Shown here piece by piece: positions 1 to 15,030 of a stretch of 64,000 bases of DNA. A program made the position numbers and the translations under genes. The notes below the pieces were generated by a model. It made no database searches and was not told the DNA's origin. It was given only the letters and a program-made list of their open reading frames with translations. Numbering within the stretch: the first letter of the stretch is position 1; each line of letters starts with the position of its first letter. Source of the DNA: the human T2T-CHM13v2.0 reference genome, Homo sapiens; assembly GCF_009914755.1 (NCBI RefSeq), contig NC_060946.1; one strand, written 5' to 3'.

Positions 1-394
1 TTCAACAGATATTACTGGGTGTGGGTGTCTGTTCGGTGCTAGACACCAGGTAAAGTGACAGACATCCCTATTGAGCCTGCATTCTATTTGGGCCAAGGGC
101 GTGGCCAGGCGGTATGCCATCCACAACTAAATTTAAAGGATCATTTTCAAGGGTGACCCATAAAATATGATGAATGATATAAGATTGTGACTGGGTAAGA
201 TGGAATGGGCTATAGCTTTTCAATTACTCTTTGACTTCGCACCAATTTCTAGAATCGACAACTGTGAACAAGCACGATCATTTCCCTGTAACTTTGCCAG
301 CATGGGAAGGTACCATTTTAAAATAACTTGTGCTGTGAGGCCAGATGTAAAAGGGGACTTCTAGATGATGGCCCCGTGATCCTTCCTCACTCAC

Positions 395-589
395 CTGGCT
401 GCCACAGCCTTCTCTGTGCTCTGCTGCAGCTCCTTCATCTCTTCCTGTAGCTGCTGTGGCTTTGTAAAATGACCCATGAAGTTGAAATAATCCTCTGCAC
501 AGGGCCGATGGACAGCAGGCGAATAGTTAATACCCAATTTCTGTAAAAATTCCTGGTAAGTAATGTGCCCTTTTCCCTCGGTGTCGTAT
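395..589 (-). CDS. EFCAB6: EFCAB6 internal coding exon (195 nt, phase 2 to 2): (R)YDTEGKGHITYQEFLQKLGINYSPAVHRPCAEDYFNFMGHFTKPQQLQEEMKELQQSTEKAVAA(R)
   Basis: Acceptor tttgttttaag|A, donor CCAG|gtgagt; EF-hand loop DTEGKGHITYQE; within ORF 391..618(-). Confidence 0.93.
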
Positions 590-969
590 CTTAAAACAAA
601 AACAAAAACAGAAAGCACTTCTCAGTAGCCAGTAAGGTGTGCTGATGCTCAGGGTTTGGAAAATGCCTGCACCATCCATGAGGAGCTCGTCTTCCATCCC
701 TCACCACTCGGAGCATGCCCTGTGGGCCAGCGGAATCAGCCCCGCCTGGCAGAGCTGGAAATGCGTGAGTTCAGGCCTCACTCCTGATCCGATCCGCATC
801 CTCATGTTAACAAGGACCCCAGGTGACTCACAGGCACATCAGCATTCAGGATGGTCACGCCACACATGGCCTGCCAGGAGAGAGAGCAACCCAAGCCACT
901 CACCTGTCATTCTATTAGAAACACAGTTGTGACTACAGAAAATTAAAGTCAACCCCTCCATACGTTTAG

Positions 970-1289
<320 letters not shown>

Positions 1290-4157
1290 GTTCGGCAGTT
1301 TTTTAAAATTGAATACTTACCTGTGAAAGGAATTATGCTAAGGTTTAGAAAAAAATTCTTCAAAAAGCATATTCAATCTTAAAACTCGAATGAGTGAATG
1401 TCACTTGATTCAAAGATGGTAAAATTTCCCATTTCCTCTTTGAAGAGATGCCAATTACATACAGCCAATGAGAGAGGCCAGTGAGGAAAACAAGATAAGA
1501 ATTATGCTATGTACCTTTTATGTCATTTTCTATTATTGAGATTTTTCTGAATTAGAACTCATTAAAAAAGGCATAATGGAGGGTTTTTATCTCCCAACGT
1601 TATTCAAATAGAATAGAATTACTTCAATAAAAATTTTAAGGCAAATTGCCAATTTTCTTTAAAGAAAGAAAGCATTTATTTTTACAGAAAGATCTTGGTC
1701 CTCATCTAATCGATAAAAATGGCATTCGCAGATGTGATTTTCCCCAGATGAACTCAGAGTTACAAGGAATGAGACTATATTTAAACAATGTTGCCAGCAT
1801 AATTCTCCCATCAGGATGTTGCTTGGGCATTTGTCTGATGGAGTAGAAGTACAATCAGTTTTCCTTTGAGAGGTACAGCTCCCTTTTGCTCTGCTCGTTA
1901 ACTGATGAGATCCTGGAGGATCTACGGAACCCACAGTTGCCTGTGACACACTAAGCCCTGTACGACTGTTTGAGCTGGGTGAACAATAAAGAAAATGTTC
2001 TTATTGACCACGTTCTTGTCCTCAAGGGGAAGGGGTGGCAGGTAGGAGAGAAAGCAGATAGACGTTTGGGTAAATGTTGCTTCACGCACTTGTGCTAAAA
2101 CTTGCAGAGGCTCTCAGGAGTTGGAGGACCACCACCCTTCCCAAAGGCCATGTGGGCCTGTCCCCACAGGTGCCCCTGAGGGCTCTCTCCATGCTCCCTT
2201 GCCTTCTGTGCCCTGCAGGTCCCCACTCCTCTGCCATGTGTCTGCCACCCACCTGCTGCCTCAACACAGCATTCGCCCCATTCTCCACATGGACTCCACC
2301 TGACAAGGTAAGAAAAGTCCCCTTGGACGACGTCCTCCGCTACTTTGCAGGCAGGGTGCAGATAGAGGGCTCTAGGTAAATACCAGTTTGCCGGCTCTTC
2401 ACCTGGCAAGGCCCTTTCCTGCTCCAGGGATCAGTCCCTCAGCTGGGAGCCGTCCCGGGCAGTCCTAGACATGAGGTCTCAGGACAGTGCCCCGCCCAGC
2501 TCCTGCTGAGACCATCAGCTCCTTATCCCCTGCAGACCTTTTCAGGTGTCTATTATGAGGATGGCCTTAATTTTGCAACCCAGAAAAGTACACTTCCACC
2601 TTTATTCAGTGAATTTTGTTCTTAAAACCCAACAAGACAACACAGCCTCAGAAAGAGGCCTGTGGGCTCTGCAGTTCCCGAGGCTTCTCTTTGGCTGTTG
2701 AAGAGCTGTGGTCTCAGCAGCACCATCAGGGGCAAGCGCCTCCAGCAAGGGCTTCCCTGTTGCTGGTGATGCTAAGATGGCTGCAGGGAGGAAGTTGAAT
2801 TTCACATGGACATACCTAGGAGGCGGAAGGGCTGACATTTCTTGAGCTTCTAGGGTGATCCCAGGGCCATGCCTCTCTCCTTGAACTACATCAGGACTCT
2901 AACTAGCCTTGTGGCACCAGGACAATGTAATAATGCAACTCTGGTCAAGACGCCCTCTGAATAAAGCTCCCAGGGGTTCCTCATTCTGACAGGAGGGTTC
3001 CTAACAGAATGGTCCACAGCCCACCCACCCACCTGACAAGCAGCCCCCAGGGAGCAGTGCACCTCTTTTGGAAACCTCTCTCTCCTCCTAAGTCAAAAGA
3101 ACCACAACCGTGCCTTCCTTTGAGCTCCTCAAGGCGCGGTGAGGACCCGACGGGTTAGTGCATTTGCGGATACATGAGGAGTGCATGTTGGCATTTGCTA
3201 CTGCTCTATGCCACCCAAAGTTTTTCCCACATGCTGCCTCCATCCAGTTCCTAGGTCCATGTCTTATCTGCCTACTAGATGGCAGGTTTCTTGAGGAGAA
3301 ACTATGGTTTAATCATTTTTACAAATTCACAGCATTCAGCAACACACTTTGCATGAGCTACGTTATCCATTCATGGCTGTTGGGCTAAGAAAAGTGAAGG
3401 GAGTGCATTTCTAAGGAAGGACTGCCCTCCTGGTGTGCTGTGCTCAAGGGCTCACTAACAACAAACTTTCCATCATGACACTTGAACTGAATGAAAAGGC
3501 ATTCTTAATTGCTTCATTAATGAAGATCGTAAACATTCTATTCTCATCCAAAGGAACAGAAGACTAGATTGCACAACTGCAACTAAAATATTGTTGTGAA
3601 TGTGATTAATAAGAGAGCTAATTCAGCTTACATAACCTCACCCTTCATTGTATAACCCTTTGTGTAACATTTTAAAACACCAACTTGCCTATAAAGGTTG
3701 AATTTTCAAATGGTTCAGCAATAGATGTGCCAGGAAAAAGTGTGCACAGAAACAGAGGACCCGTAAAAACTCACATTCGTGGATGGTGACGGCCACTAAT
3801 TTATGACACAATCAGATTACTCTACCCATTTATTGTGCACACAGCAATTCAGCTATACACATAATTTGAGTATGTTCACATTGATTGGTTTGCTTTGCTA
3901 AGAATGTCTTAGTCCTTTCCGCTCAGTTTAGGCACTTAATTCCCACATACATTTCAGAAGTATCTTCAAATGCCACTGTCCCTAGAGTTACAGGGCAGAA
4001 TGAGGAGGTGTGGTATAAGCCCTGCTGATGGCCTAGGCCAGGCAGCAGAGGCAGACACAGCACCTCATGCAGCTGGGGACACAAGGAATTCTCTCAGGTA
4101 CCATCTTGGAGGGAGGTCTAATGACTCAAATAGCTGCTCTTTAGAAATGAAAGTGTC

Positions 4158-4564
4158 TGATATGGTTTGGATTTGTGTCCCCACCCAAATCTCATGTCAA
4201 ATTGTAATCCCCAGTGTTGGAGATGGGGCCTAGTGGGAGGTGACTGGATCCTTCATGAGTGGTTTAGCATGATCCTCATTGTGCTGTTCTCGTGATATTG
4301 AGTTCTCATGAGATCTGAAGGTTTGAAAGTGTGTGGCACCCCCCACCACCTTCATCCTGCTCTGGCCACAAGAAGCGCTGGCTCCCTTTTTTTTTCCTTC
4401 CACCATGATTGTAAGTTTCCTGAGGCCTTCCCAGAAGCTGAGCAGATGCCAGCATCACACTTCCTGTACAGCCTGTGGAACCGTGAGCCAATTAAACCTC
4501 TTTTCTTTATACGTTACCCAGTCTCAGGCATTTCTTTATAGCAGCACGAGAATAGACTAATATA
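4158..4564 (+). mobile_element. MST-family (MSTA/MSTB) MaLR solo LTR
   Basis: TGATATGGTTTGGATTTGTGTCCCCACCCAAATCTC start, ACTAATATA end, 5-bp TSD GTGTC at 4153-4157 and 4565-4569. Confidence 0.88.
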
Positions 4565-5456
4565 GTGTCCAATTGCTGGAGCTGAACATGCTCAAAGGGC
4601 ATATTCAGTATGTTCTGATGAAATCACAGAAGATCAGACACCATCTGCTCCAGTACCCATCAAGAGCCAAATTCCACCCATTACTCTCCCCAGTAAAAAG
4701 GGGGCTAGCCTTAGGTAAAGCCATGCCAGACATGAGAACCACACTTCCTTCATGTTGAGCTTAGAGTCTACCTGGCTAGCACATCTCCAAGTCCAACTTC
4801 TTTGTATTCAGTGCTTCTAAAAGTCACCCTCTGACATCGCATCCCACTGAATCTTCCCATTTCTAAGCTAATGATCTTGTTCACTCAACCTTTTAAAACC
4901 CTTTCCCATCTTGAGGCTCCCTGTCCAGAGGTTCCACCAGCCAGGCACCGAGTAGGTTCTCTCTGGGCACTGCTTTGGTTGAGCTAATAGAAATGGCCTC
5001 ACTTCTTGTGAACTGAAAACCATGGGTTTTTTTTTTGTCCACACGAGATGCTGTACATGGCACAGCTGCTTTTTCACAGTCTCTTCTGTTTATATTTGAA
5101 TACTGATATATAACTCACCTGCCATATCAAGAAATGTGCATAAATTGGGCATTAATTATCTTGCAAACTTTCTGGCAGGTCTGCTTGGCTGGCTAGTTTC
5201 ACACACGCAAGGATCTCCACGGATATTTCCGAGCCTGCTGCTTTTCCTACTCGGGTCGGCCCTTTGGTGAGTTTTCAGAGCACACCCTCTCCCTCTTCAG
5301 AGTTTTCTAGCAAAGTTTGTTTTAGATTCAAAGAGTTGAATTCTACCTGGTTAAATGAGGCTACAGCAGGTGCTCGGAATGCCAAGCCCTCCCCAAGGAG
5401 GTGCCTCCCATGTCCAGGGTCAACACTGAGCGACACCCTGTGCCTGGCCTTCCAAC

Positions 5457-5688
5457 TGAAACCACCTTTGCAGAAAGTATGACACTGAGAGAAATCGGAT
5501 GTCGCTGACTCTATCCTGCTTCTAACCACACAAACTGCCCTTGCTCATTCCTGGGTGTAGGCCAAGCTAACTATGGGAAGAATTTAATTCATAATTTAAC
5601 TTTAAAGCAAAGATGATAACGATCCTTTTGCAAAACTGACCCCTTCCTTGCTCAGGGACTGAAACCACCTTTGTAAAACTCCACAAGG
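5457..5688 (+). mobile_element. ERV1 LTR8-like LTR, 5' fragment
   Basis: TGAAACCACCTTTGCA start and ...cattcctgggtgtaggccaagctaact... resemble the LTR8/LTR8A consensus; truncated at the Alu. Confidence 0.65.
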
Positions 5689-6337
<649 letters not shown>

Positions 6338-8806
6338 TCACCAGGTGAATGTGTGTGCCAACCCAAAGGCAATTCCAGAGGGAAAAAGGGATTCACTGAA
6401 GGGAGGAAGTAGAGGAATTACCAGCCCAAGAACTGGACTTTTCTATGGCCTCCAAATGTATTCTCTCTCTAGCAAACCAGATTCACCATCACTCTTCCAC
6501 TTCCTCATAAATTAATCTTGTATGTGAAATAACTCAGCTTAAAAGCCCAGTTTATTAGCGCTTGATTTCTGAGCCTTCAGAGGTCCTGACAGGGATACAG
6601 CACTTAATTACCAAGACTTTCTCTCCTTAAGAGCATTTGAGTGTCTTTGGCGATGAGCTCTGGATTACTCGTTTATCTTGGTCATCCTCAGCCCTGCAAA
6701 CCTCTGCAAAGGCGCAGACCCAGTGTTTAAGAAGCATTTGCTGGGTGAACAAATGAAGAAAGGGTGTGTTAAATGTACTGAGTGGTTACTGCATGCCACG
6801 CCCTGGGCTAGCACTTAATATGACTCCTTACCCAGGACTCAAGTGGCCCTGGGTGACAGGGAACATCATCTACTGCTTTGCAGATGATGAGGAGTATATG
6901 GCACAGAGAAGCTAAGTAACTTGATGGAGGCCACACAGCAGGAAGCAGGCAGGAGTCATGCCCACGCATCTGGCTGCAGAGCTGTTGCTCTTAACCACTC
7001 ACCATGTGTGGCATGAGGTCAACTAAACAATAGTGGACAAAACTCTGACTGCAAGCAGTTGTCAACACAGGGTGAAAATCTGCACATTTCATAATTATGT
7101 TCATAAACATGTAAAGAAACTTTAGCCACAAGCCAACAGTGAGTGTCCACCTCCAATTGAAATGGAAACAAGTTCTGTCCCACCCTCAGAAACAGGCTCC
7201 GTCCACTCTCATTTCCCACATGGCAACCCTTGTGGGGGACATGACTCCAATACCTCTCATTCCCATGGCCAGCCCCCACTCAGGGGTTCGTCCTCTCCCC
7301 CCGGTGATGGTGGTGGTCTCCCAGGGCCAGCACCCCCAGCCATCCTGTCCCCTGAACTGACTCACCTTCCTAAACCGCAGCTCTGTTCACCCCACAACCA
7401 CACTCAAATTCCATTGTTCCCGACTGCCTGGTCAATAACACCAGAAAGCTAGGACCTGGTAAGGGAGCAGCCCTACCCTTCCTTTCTGACCCTGGGAGCC
7501 CCATGCCACTTCTGATAGAACACCTGCCTCCCTGCAGACAGGTGGCCTGCTGAACAAGAATGTCTCCTTCTCCATCTGGACCCATGACAGCTTCCAGCCC
7601 CCGCTAGCCCCATGCTCCTGCCTCACTGCCCATGCCACTTGACTTGCTCTCTGCTCAGGGGTTTTGCACAGTTGTTGCTGTACCATAGCTACCTGTGTGA
7701 ATGCATTCTGTGCCCTGACAGCTCCCCAAAGACAGGGACCATGTTGTCATCTTTGGATTATCCTAAAGTCAACTGAGAGGCAGGGCTATGCATTTGCCTA
7801 CTCCACAAAGATCTGCCTATACCCAGCTGGAACTACTAGTGTAAGCTACTCAAACAGAAATGGGCAGGGAGTCTAACTGGACCCTGTGTTGGAACTGATC
7901 TTTAAAAAGTAAGCATTTTGTAAGAACTTCCAGTTGCTTTTCTAAATTAGACACAAAACAACCCACCTAATTCTAAACTTGGCCAACATTTCAGCCTTCC
8001 ACTTTGAACAGATGAAAATCTGGGAAATGGTATGAACTCATGGTTTCATAAGTTTGCCTCCTGAGTGGACGTACGATGTTGGTATACCATCCTGGGGGAA
8101 TACAGGTGACTACGGACATATAATGAAGAAGGAGGTAATTTGAAGTTGGGTCTGGAACTTGGAAATAGACCACATTGTTAGTGGAATGTGAAACTTAGAC
8201 ATCTATCCAGGGAAGACCATAACTGGGGGCCCAATTCCAAAACAGCTAAATCGAAAATACATTTGACAAATGGAACCAACATCGGATAAAATTTTCGGTT
8301 TAAGAGACCCTCGGGAAGCTACTCCAAGTTGCTAAAAGTTTGGTTTTTCTTCCCACAAATTACTTACCTATAAAACAGTTGTGCAGCATTAATTTCCATC
8401 TATAGGTAATGGGGAGAAACTCCTTTTCCCTTTACCCATTGCATATCTGCTGAGTGAGTTATATTAGAGTTAAGTCCTTGGAGAGTGACTTGTTTTGTTA
8501 AAACAGTAAAGGTCTGGGCTTGAGCTCCCAGGTCCTTGGAAATAGAAACCTCTCAAGTCTGGTATGGATGAGCATTTACCCTGGTTCTCCGTGTTACTGA
8601 AGACCAACCCATCCACCAAGGCTGCTTGCTATGAGCACCAAGCAGCAAGGAACAAGGAAAGACACAGGAGATGAGACAGATGCAACCAAGAGAAAATACT
8701 CCCAGCCCCCAGTTACCCTGATGTAGGAAAGATTAGGCTGAATTTGCCACAGCAAGCACCCCTAGTCCATAAGAATGGAAACCAACCAGTCTCACGTGCC
8801 ACTTAC

Positions 8807-8925
8807 CTTGCCCAAAGCTTTTCAAACTCTCTTGGTGTGAGGGGAATATCAAAACCGTACAGTGCGTTCTTTATGTCCCGGCGTCGAAGAATGCCATTGC
8901 CCTCATTATCGGTTTCTAGAAAATT
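8807..8925 (-). CDS. EFCAB6: EFCAB6 internal coding exon (119 nt, phase 0 to 2): NFLETDNEGNGILRRRDIKNALYGFDIPLTPREFEKLWA(R)
   Basis: Acceptor tgttgtag|AAT, donor CAAG|gtaagt; EF-hand-like loop DNEGNGILRRRD. Confidence 0.92.
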
Positions 8926-9529
8926 CTACAACATCAGAATACGGTATTTAGGAACATGTGAAATGTGCGTATGACAGCAGAAAAGATGTTCAATTAGTCA
9001 ATATGTGGGAAACTCTAAGGCATCTGTATCCCCATCCACCTCCTTAATCACCTTTTAATCTACGTTCCAGGTATCCTCATCATTCCTGGAAAGAAAGTGA
9101 TAGAGCAAAACGGAAATGAGAATTAGGGGTCGGAAGGGGGTGGTTTCTGAGTTGCCTCAGGGGTTTGACCTGGATTCTTCTCCTGATCAACAACTTGGGT
9201 TCAAAAATGATTAGAAATAAGGGCCAACCAGAGCCCAGGAAATGAGATGGAGGATCCTCATCTCAATGATGGTTTGGTTTTAGCCCTCTGGCTGTAAGAG
9301 GGGAAATGAGGGACATTAGACTCCAGCTATTATGACAAGATTATATGGTACCATTTTTATGGCCCTGATGGGTACAGAAGGTATTGTCAGGCATATAAGA
9401 GGACCACAGACTTGAATAAGCTAACACGTGTGGTTCTCAGCAATGTCTTTAGTTGTTTCCAAGTAATAGCTCATTTAATCTTCTTCATAACAACATGATG
9501 AGGTGGATATAACGGGTACATCTACAGAG

Positions 9530-11465
9530 TTCTCTGCAAGTATGATACTTAATAGTGAAAGAACAAAACATTCCCCCTAAGATCAGGAACAAAGTGAGAA
9601 TATCTTCATCACCCGCTATTCTACATTGTACTGCGGGGTCTCAGCCCGTTTAATCAGGCAAGAAAAAGGATAAAAGGTGTAACGATAGGACAGGAAGAAA
9701 TACAATTATTATTATTCACTGACATGACTGTATACACAGGAATACAAAGAATCCACAAATAAATTATTATAAGAGGTGAATTTAGCAAGCAGTCTGGATT
9801 CTATGTCAACAGGCAAAATCAATCACAGTTTTTACATATCAGACACAGAAAGTGAAATTTTAAAAGATAACATTTACAAAAGGAATCAAAAATAGAAAGG
9901 CCTAGGAATAAATCTGTGATATCTGAGACATCCTTTATACAGAAAAGTATAAAACTTTACTGAAAGATATTGAAGAAGATCAAAATAAATGGAGAGACAC
10001 TGTGTTCATGAATTAGAAAACTCAAATATAATAGTAAAGGTGTCATTTTCTTTGTGGAACTCGACAAAGCGATTCAAAACTCTTGAAGAACAAGGTAGAG
10101 GGAGTTGCCTACCAATTAATTAAGATGTATCACTAAGTTATCACGACAACAAAGATGTGATGTAGGTGCCAGCACAGGCAAGCTGATCAGGGGAACAGAA
10201 TGAGGAGGTCAGTAATACCCACGGGCTGTGATGTAGGCAGTGGTGATGCTCAGATCGGCCAGGGGAAGGGGGACTTCACAATGACCAGTGCTGGGACAGC
10301 TGGACTTCCATATGGAGGAAATGAGACTGGGTCCCTGCCTCACCACACTTGGGAAACATCTAGTCCAGATTTCAAGACCTGAATGTGAAAGTTGAAACTG
10401 TCAAGCTCCTGTAAGAGAGTGTGAGAGAACATCTTCATGACTCCAGAGTAGAATTCTTAAACAAGATCTACAGAGAGATGTTAGTAAATTTGACTACATT
10501 AAAAAGAACTTATATTTATCAAAAGACATCATATAAAAAAGGTAAGAACACATAATACACACTGAGAGATGATAGTTGCACCACACGTCACTTACAAAAC
10601 AGCAGGATCCACAGAGCAGTGTATACTATGACCATCGTCACAGTTTCTGTTGACCAATGAGAAAAAGACAAACCAGTAGGAAGACTTAAAGTCTCGAGCA
10701 AGCACTTCACAATCAAGGAAACCTGACCAATAAATGACCAAGTGAATATACTCAATCTCACTAATAACAAACAAAATGCCAATCAAATCTGCAATGAGAT
10801 ACTATTACATATCCACTAGAGTGGAAAAAACTAGGAAGTCTGATGGTACCAAGTGCTACAGGGTTGAGCAGTTTTGACAGAAAATCAAAAATATTTACTA
10901 TCTGGGCCTTTACAGAAAAAGTGTGCTGGCTCCTGGTCTAAGATATTGGCAATATTCTTTTCCTTCACCTGAATGGTGGTTACATGCTGACTACTTTAAA
11001 CTTATTTAAACTATACATATGTATTTTATATACTTCATTGTAGAGTCATAACTTAAAAAAAAATTATGCTTTAAAAAAAATTGAGTCTGTAGGATTTCAG
11101 AGTCCCTTTAAAAACACGTAGCAGGTCTGGCATGTAAGAAACTTGGAAGTTACCACTGTCCCAACAACAAGTAAAAATCTGAACAAATTGGAAAATCAAC
11201 AACTCTTTTTAAATCATAAGACAAGTGAAGTTACAGGCCAAATCACTGTCCCCAAAACTGGAGAGACAGACAGGTGAATACAGAGAATCACAATTTACTG
11301 GGACAGACACCCATAAGCAGAAAACTTTACAGGAACTTATGTCAGAAAGATAGAAGTGGAGGGAATAATTCCTAACTTATTCTATGAGACCAGTATTGCC
11401 CTAATACCAAAACCAGACAAAGATATTACAAGTAAAGAAAACTACACACCATCATCTCTCATGAG
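9530..11465 (+). mobile_element. Old L1M fragments (ORF2 and 3' region)
   Basis: Degenerate L1 ORF2 motifs (ccccctaagatcaggaacaa, ctaggaataaatct, aaatggagagac, aatgagatactattacat). Confidence 0.7.
10875..10940. mobile_element. MER58-like hAT fragment
   Basis: aaaatatttactatctgggcctttacagaaaaagtgtgctggctcctg resembles the MER58A end. Confidence 0.55.
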
Positions 11466-11838
11466 AGATAATGTCATTGATAGTTCACCAGTCATAGCAT
11501 TGAACCTGTAAATTGCTTTGGACAGCATGGTCTCAAACTGACAGCAAAATTAGGAATGTAATCCCATTCACAATTGCCACAAAAAGAACAAAATACCTTG
11601 GAATATAGCTAATCATGGAAGTGAAAGTTTTCTACAATAAGAATTACAAAACACTGCTCAAAGATATCAGTGATGACACAAACAAATGGAAAAACATTCC
11701 ATGCTCATGGATTGGGATAATCAATATCATTAAAATGACCATACTGTCCAAAGCAATTTAGAGATTCAATGCTATTCCTGTTGAACTACCAATGGCATTC
11801 TTTGTAGAGCTAGAAAAAGCTGTTTTTAAATTCATATG

Positions 11839-12187
<349 letters not shown>

Positions 12188-12927
12188 CTAAGCAAAATGA
12201 ATAAAGCTAGAGGCATCAAGTTACCCAATTAAAGTATACTACAGGACTACAGTAACCAAACAGTATGGTACTGGTACAAAAACAGACACATAGACCAGTG
12301 GAATAGAATAGAGAGCCCAGAAATAAGACTGCACACCTACAACCATCTGATCTTCAACAAAGCTGACAAAACCCAGCAATGGAGAAAGGATTCCCCTATT
12401 CAATAAATGGTGCTGGGATAACTGGCTAACCATATGCAGAAGATTGAAACTGGGCCCCTTCCTTATAACAAATACCCCTTCCTTATAACAGAAAATAAAC
12501 TCAAGATGAATAAAAGACTTAAACGTCAAACTAAAAACTATAAAAACCCTGGAAGACAACCTAAGCAATACCATTCTGGACATAGGAACTGAGAAATATT
12601 TCATGACGAAAGAAAAAATTGACAAATGGGATCTAATTAGATTTGACAGCTTCTGCACAGCAAAACTATCAATAAAGAGACAACCTACAGAATGTGAGGA
12701 AAATTTGCAAACTATGCATCTAACAAAGGTCTAACATCCAGCATCTATAAGGAACTTAAACAACCCCATTGAAAAGTGGGCAAAGGACATGAACAGATAC
12801 TTTTCAAAAGAAGAAATACATGTGGCCAACAATCATATGAAAAAAAGCTCATCAGTGATCACTAGAGAAATGCAAATCAAAACCACAATGAGATACCATC
12901 TCACACCAGTCAGAATGGCTATTACTA

Positions 12928-13237
<310 letters not shown>

Positions 13238-13424
13238 GTAAAAAAAAACAGATGCTGGTAAAGTTGCAGAGAAAAGGGAACGCTTATATACTGTTGGTGG
13301 GAGTGTAAATTAGTCCAACCATTGTGGAAAGCAGTGTGGCAATTCCTCAAAGAGCTAAAAACAGAACTACCATTCGACCCAGCAATCCCATTACTGGGTA
13401 TATGCCCAAAGAAATATAAATCAT

Positions 13425-13622
13425 TCTAAATATATAAATATAAATATATTTATATAACATAAATATATAAATATCATATATAAATATTTTATATAATTTA
13501 TTTATATAACATATATATTAATATATTTGTTATAGAAATATATTTGTTACATAAATATATTCATATCATATATTTATACAGCAAATATATTCATATCATA
13601 TATTTATATAACACAAATATAA
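13425..13622. repeat. AT-rich low-complexity expansion inside L1PA
   Basis: About 190 nt of TA-rich sequence interrupting the L1 motif aaatcattcta|tataaagatacatgcac. Confidence 0.9.
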
Positions 13623-14104
13623 AGATACATGCACGGGTATGTTCACTGCAGCACTATTCATGATAGTGAAGACATGGAATCAACCTAAATGCCCATGAAC
13701 GGTAGACTGGATAAAGAAACTGTGGAATATATACATCATAGAATACTACAAAGTCATACAAAAGAATAAGATCATGTCCTTTGCAGGAACATGAATGGAG
13801 CTGGAGGCTAACATCCTTTGAAAATTAATGCAGGAACAGAAAACCAAATTCTGCATGTTCTCACTTACAAGTGGGAGCTAAATGATGAGAACACATGGAC
13901 ACAAAGAAGGGAACAACAGGCACTGAGACCTACTTGAGGGTGGAGGGGGAAAGGAGGGGGAGGATTTGGAAAGATAACTATTGGGTATTAAGCTTAGTAC
14001 CTGGGTGACGAAATAATCTGTATAACAAACCGCCACGGCATGAATTTACTTATATAATAAACCTGCACACATATCCCTGAACCTAAAATAAAAGTTAAAG
14101 AAAA

Positions 14105-14925
14105 CTACAATACCATTTACATTAGCACCCCCCAAAATGAAATATTTAGGTATAAATCTAATAAAATATTAGCCAGGAATGGTGGTATGCACCTGTTATC
14201 CCAGCTACTTGGGAGGCTGAGGTAGGAGGACCACTTGAAGCCAGGAATTCCAAACCAGCCTGGTCTTATTTGCAAGAGCTCTTATATGCAAGAGCTATAT
14301 AATGAAAACTACAAAACTCTGACGAGAAATGTTTAATGTTTGCAAAACCTAAATAGAGACATTCCATGTTTATGGATAGGAAGGCTCAATAGCATCAAAT
14401 ATAGGTTCAATTCAATCCAAATCACAATCCCAGCAAATTGTTTGGTAGAGATCCATAAACTTATTCTAGATGCAAAGACTCAGAATAGCCAACACAATAC
14501 TGCAAAAAAAAAAAAAAAAAAAAAAAGAACAAACTTGGAGAACTGACACTACCTGATGGCCAAGATTTACTATAAGGCTACAGTAATCATGACAGTGGTA
14601 CTGGTTAAAGAAAAGACAAGTAGACCAATGGAACACAATAGAGAGTCCAGAAACAGACCCACATAATCAACATACCCTTGACAAAGGGGCAAAGGCAACT
14701 CAACAAAGCAAAGACAGTCTTTTCAATAAATGGTGCTGGAACAACTGGACATCCACCTTTAAATAAATGAATCTAGACACACAGACCTTATACCCTCCAC
14801 AAAAATTAACTCAAATGGATCACAAACCTAATTATAAAATACAAAACTATGAAACTCTCGTAAGACGGCATAAGAGAAAATTTAGATGACCTTGAGTTTG
14901 GCAGTGACTTGTTAGATACAATCCA
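14105..14925 (+). mobile_element. L1M ORF2 fragment
   Basis: aataaatggtgctggaacaactggacatcc, aaaattaactcaaatggatcac. Confidence 0.75.
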
Positions 14926-15030
14926 TGAAAGGTTCTAGTCCCGACCCTTTCCTTACCCTGAACCTAGAGGGCTGCTCTGAAAGTGGGCCACACAGAGCTC
15001 CAGTCTGTGGGATTGGTTGGTGTGGGCCAG

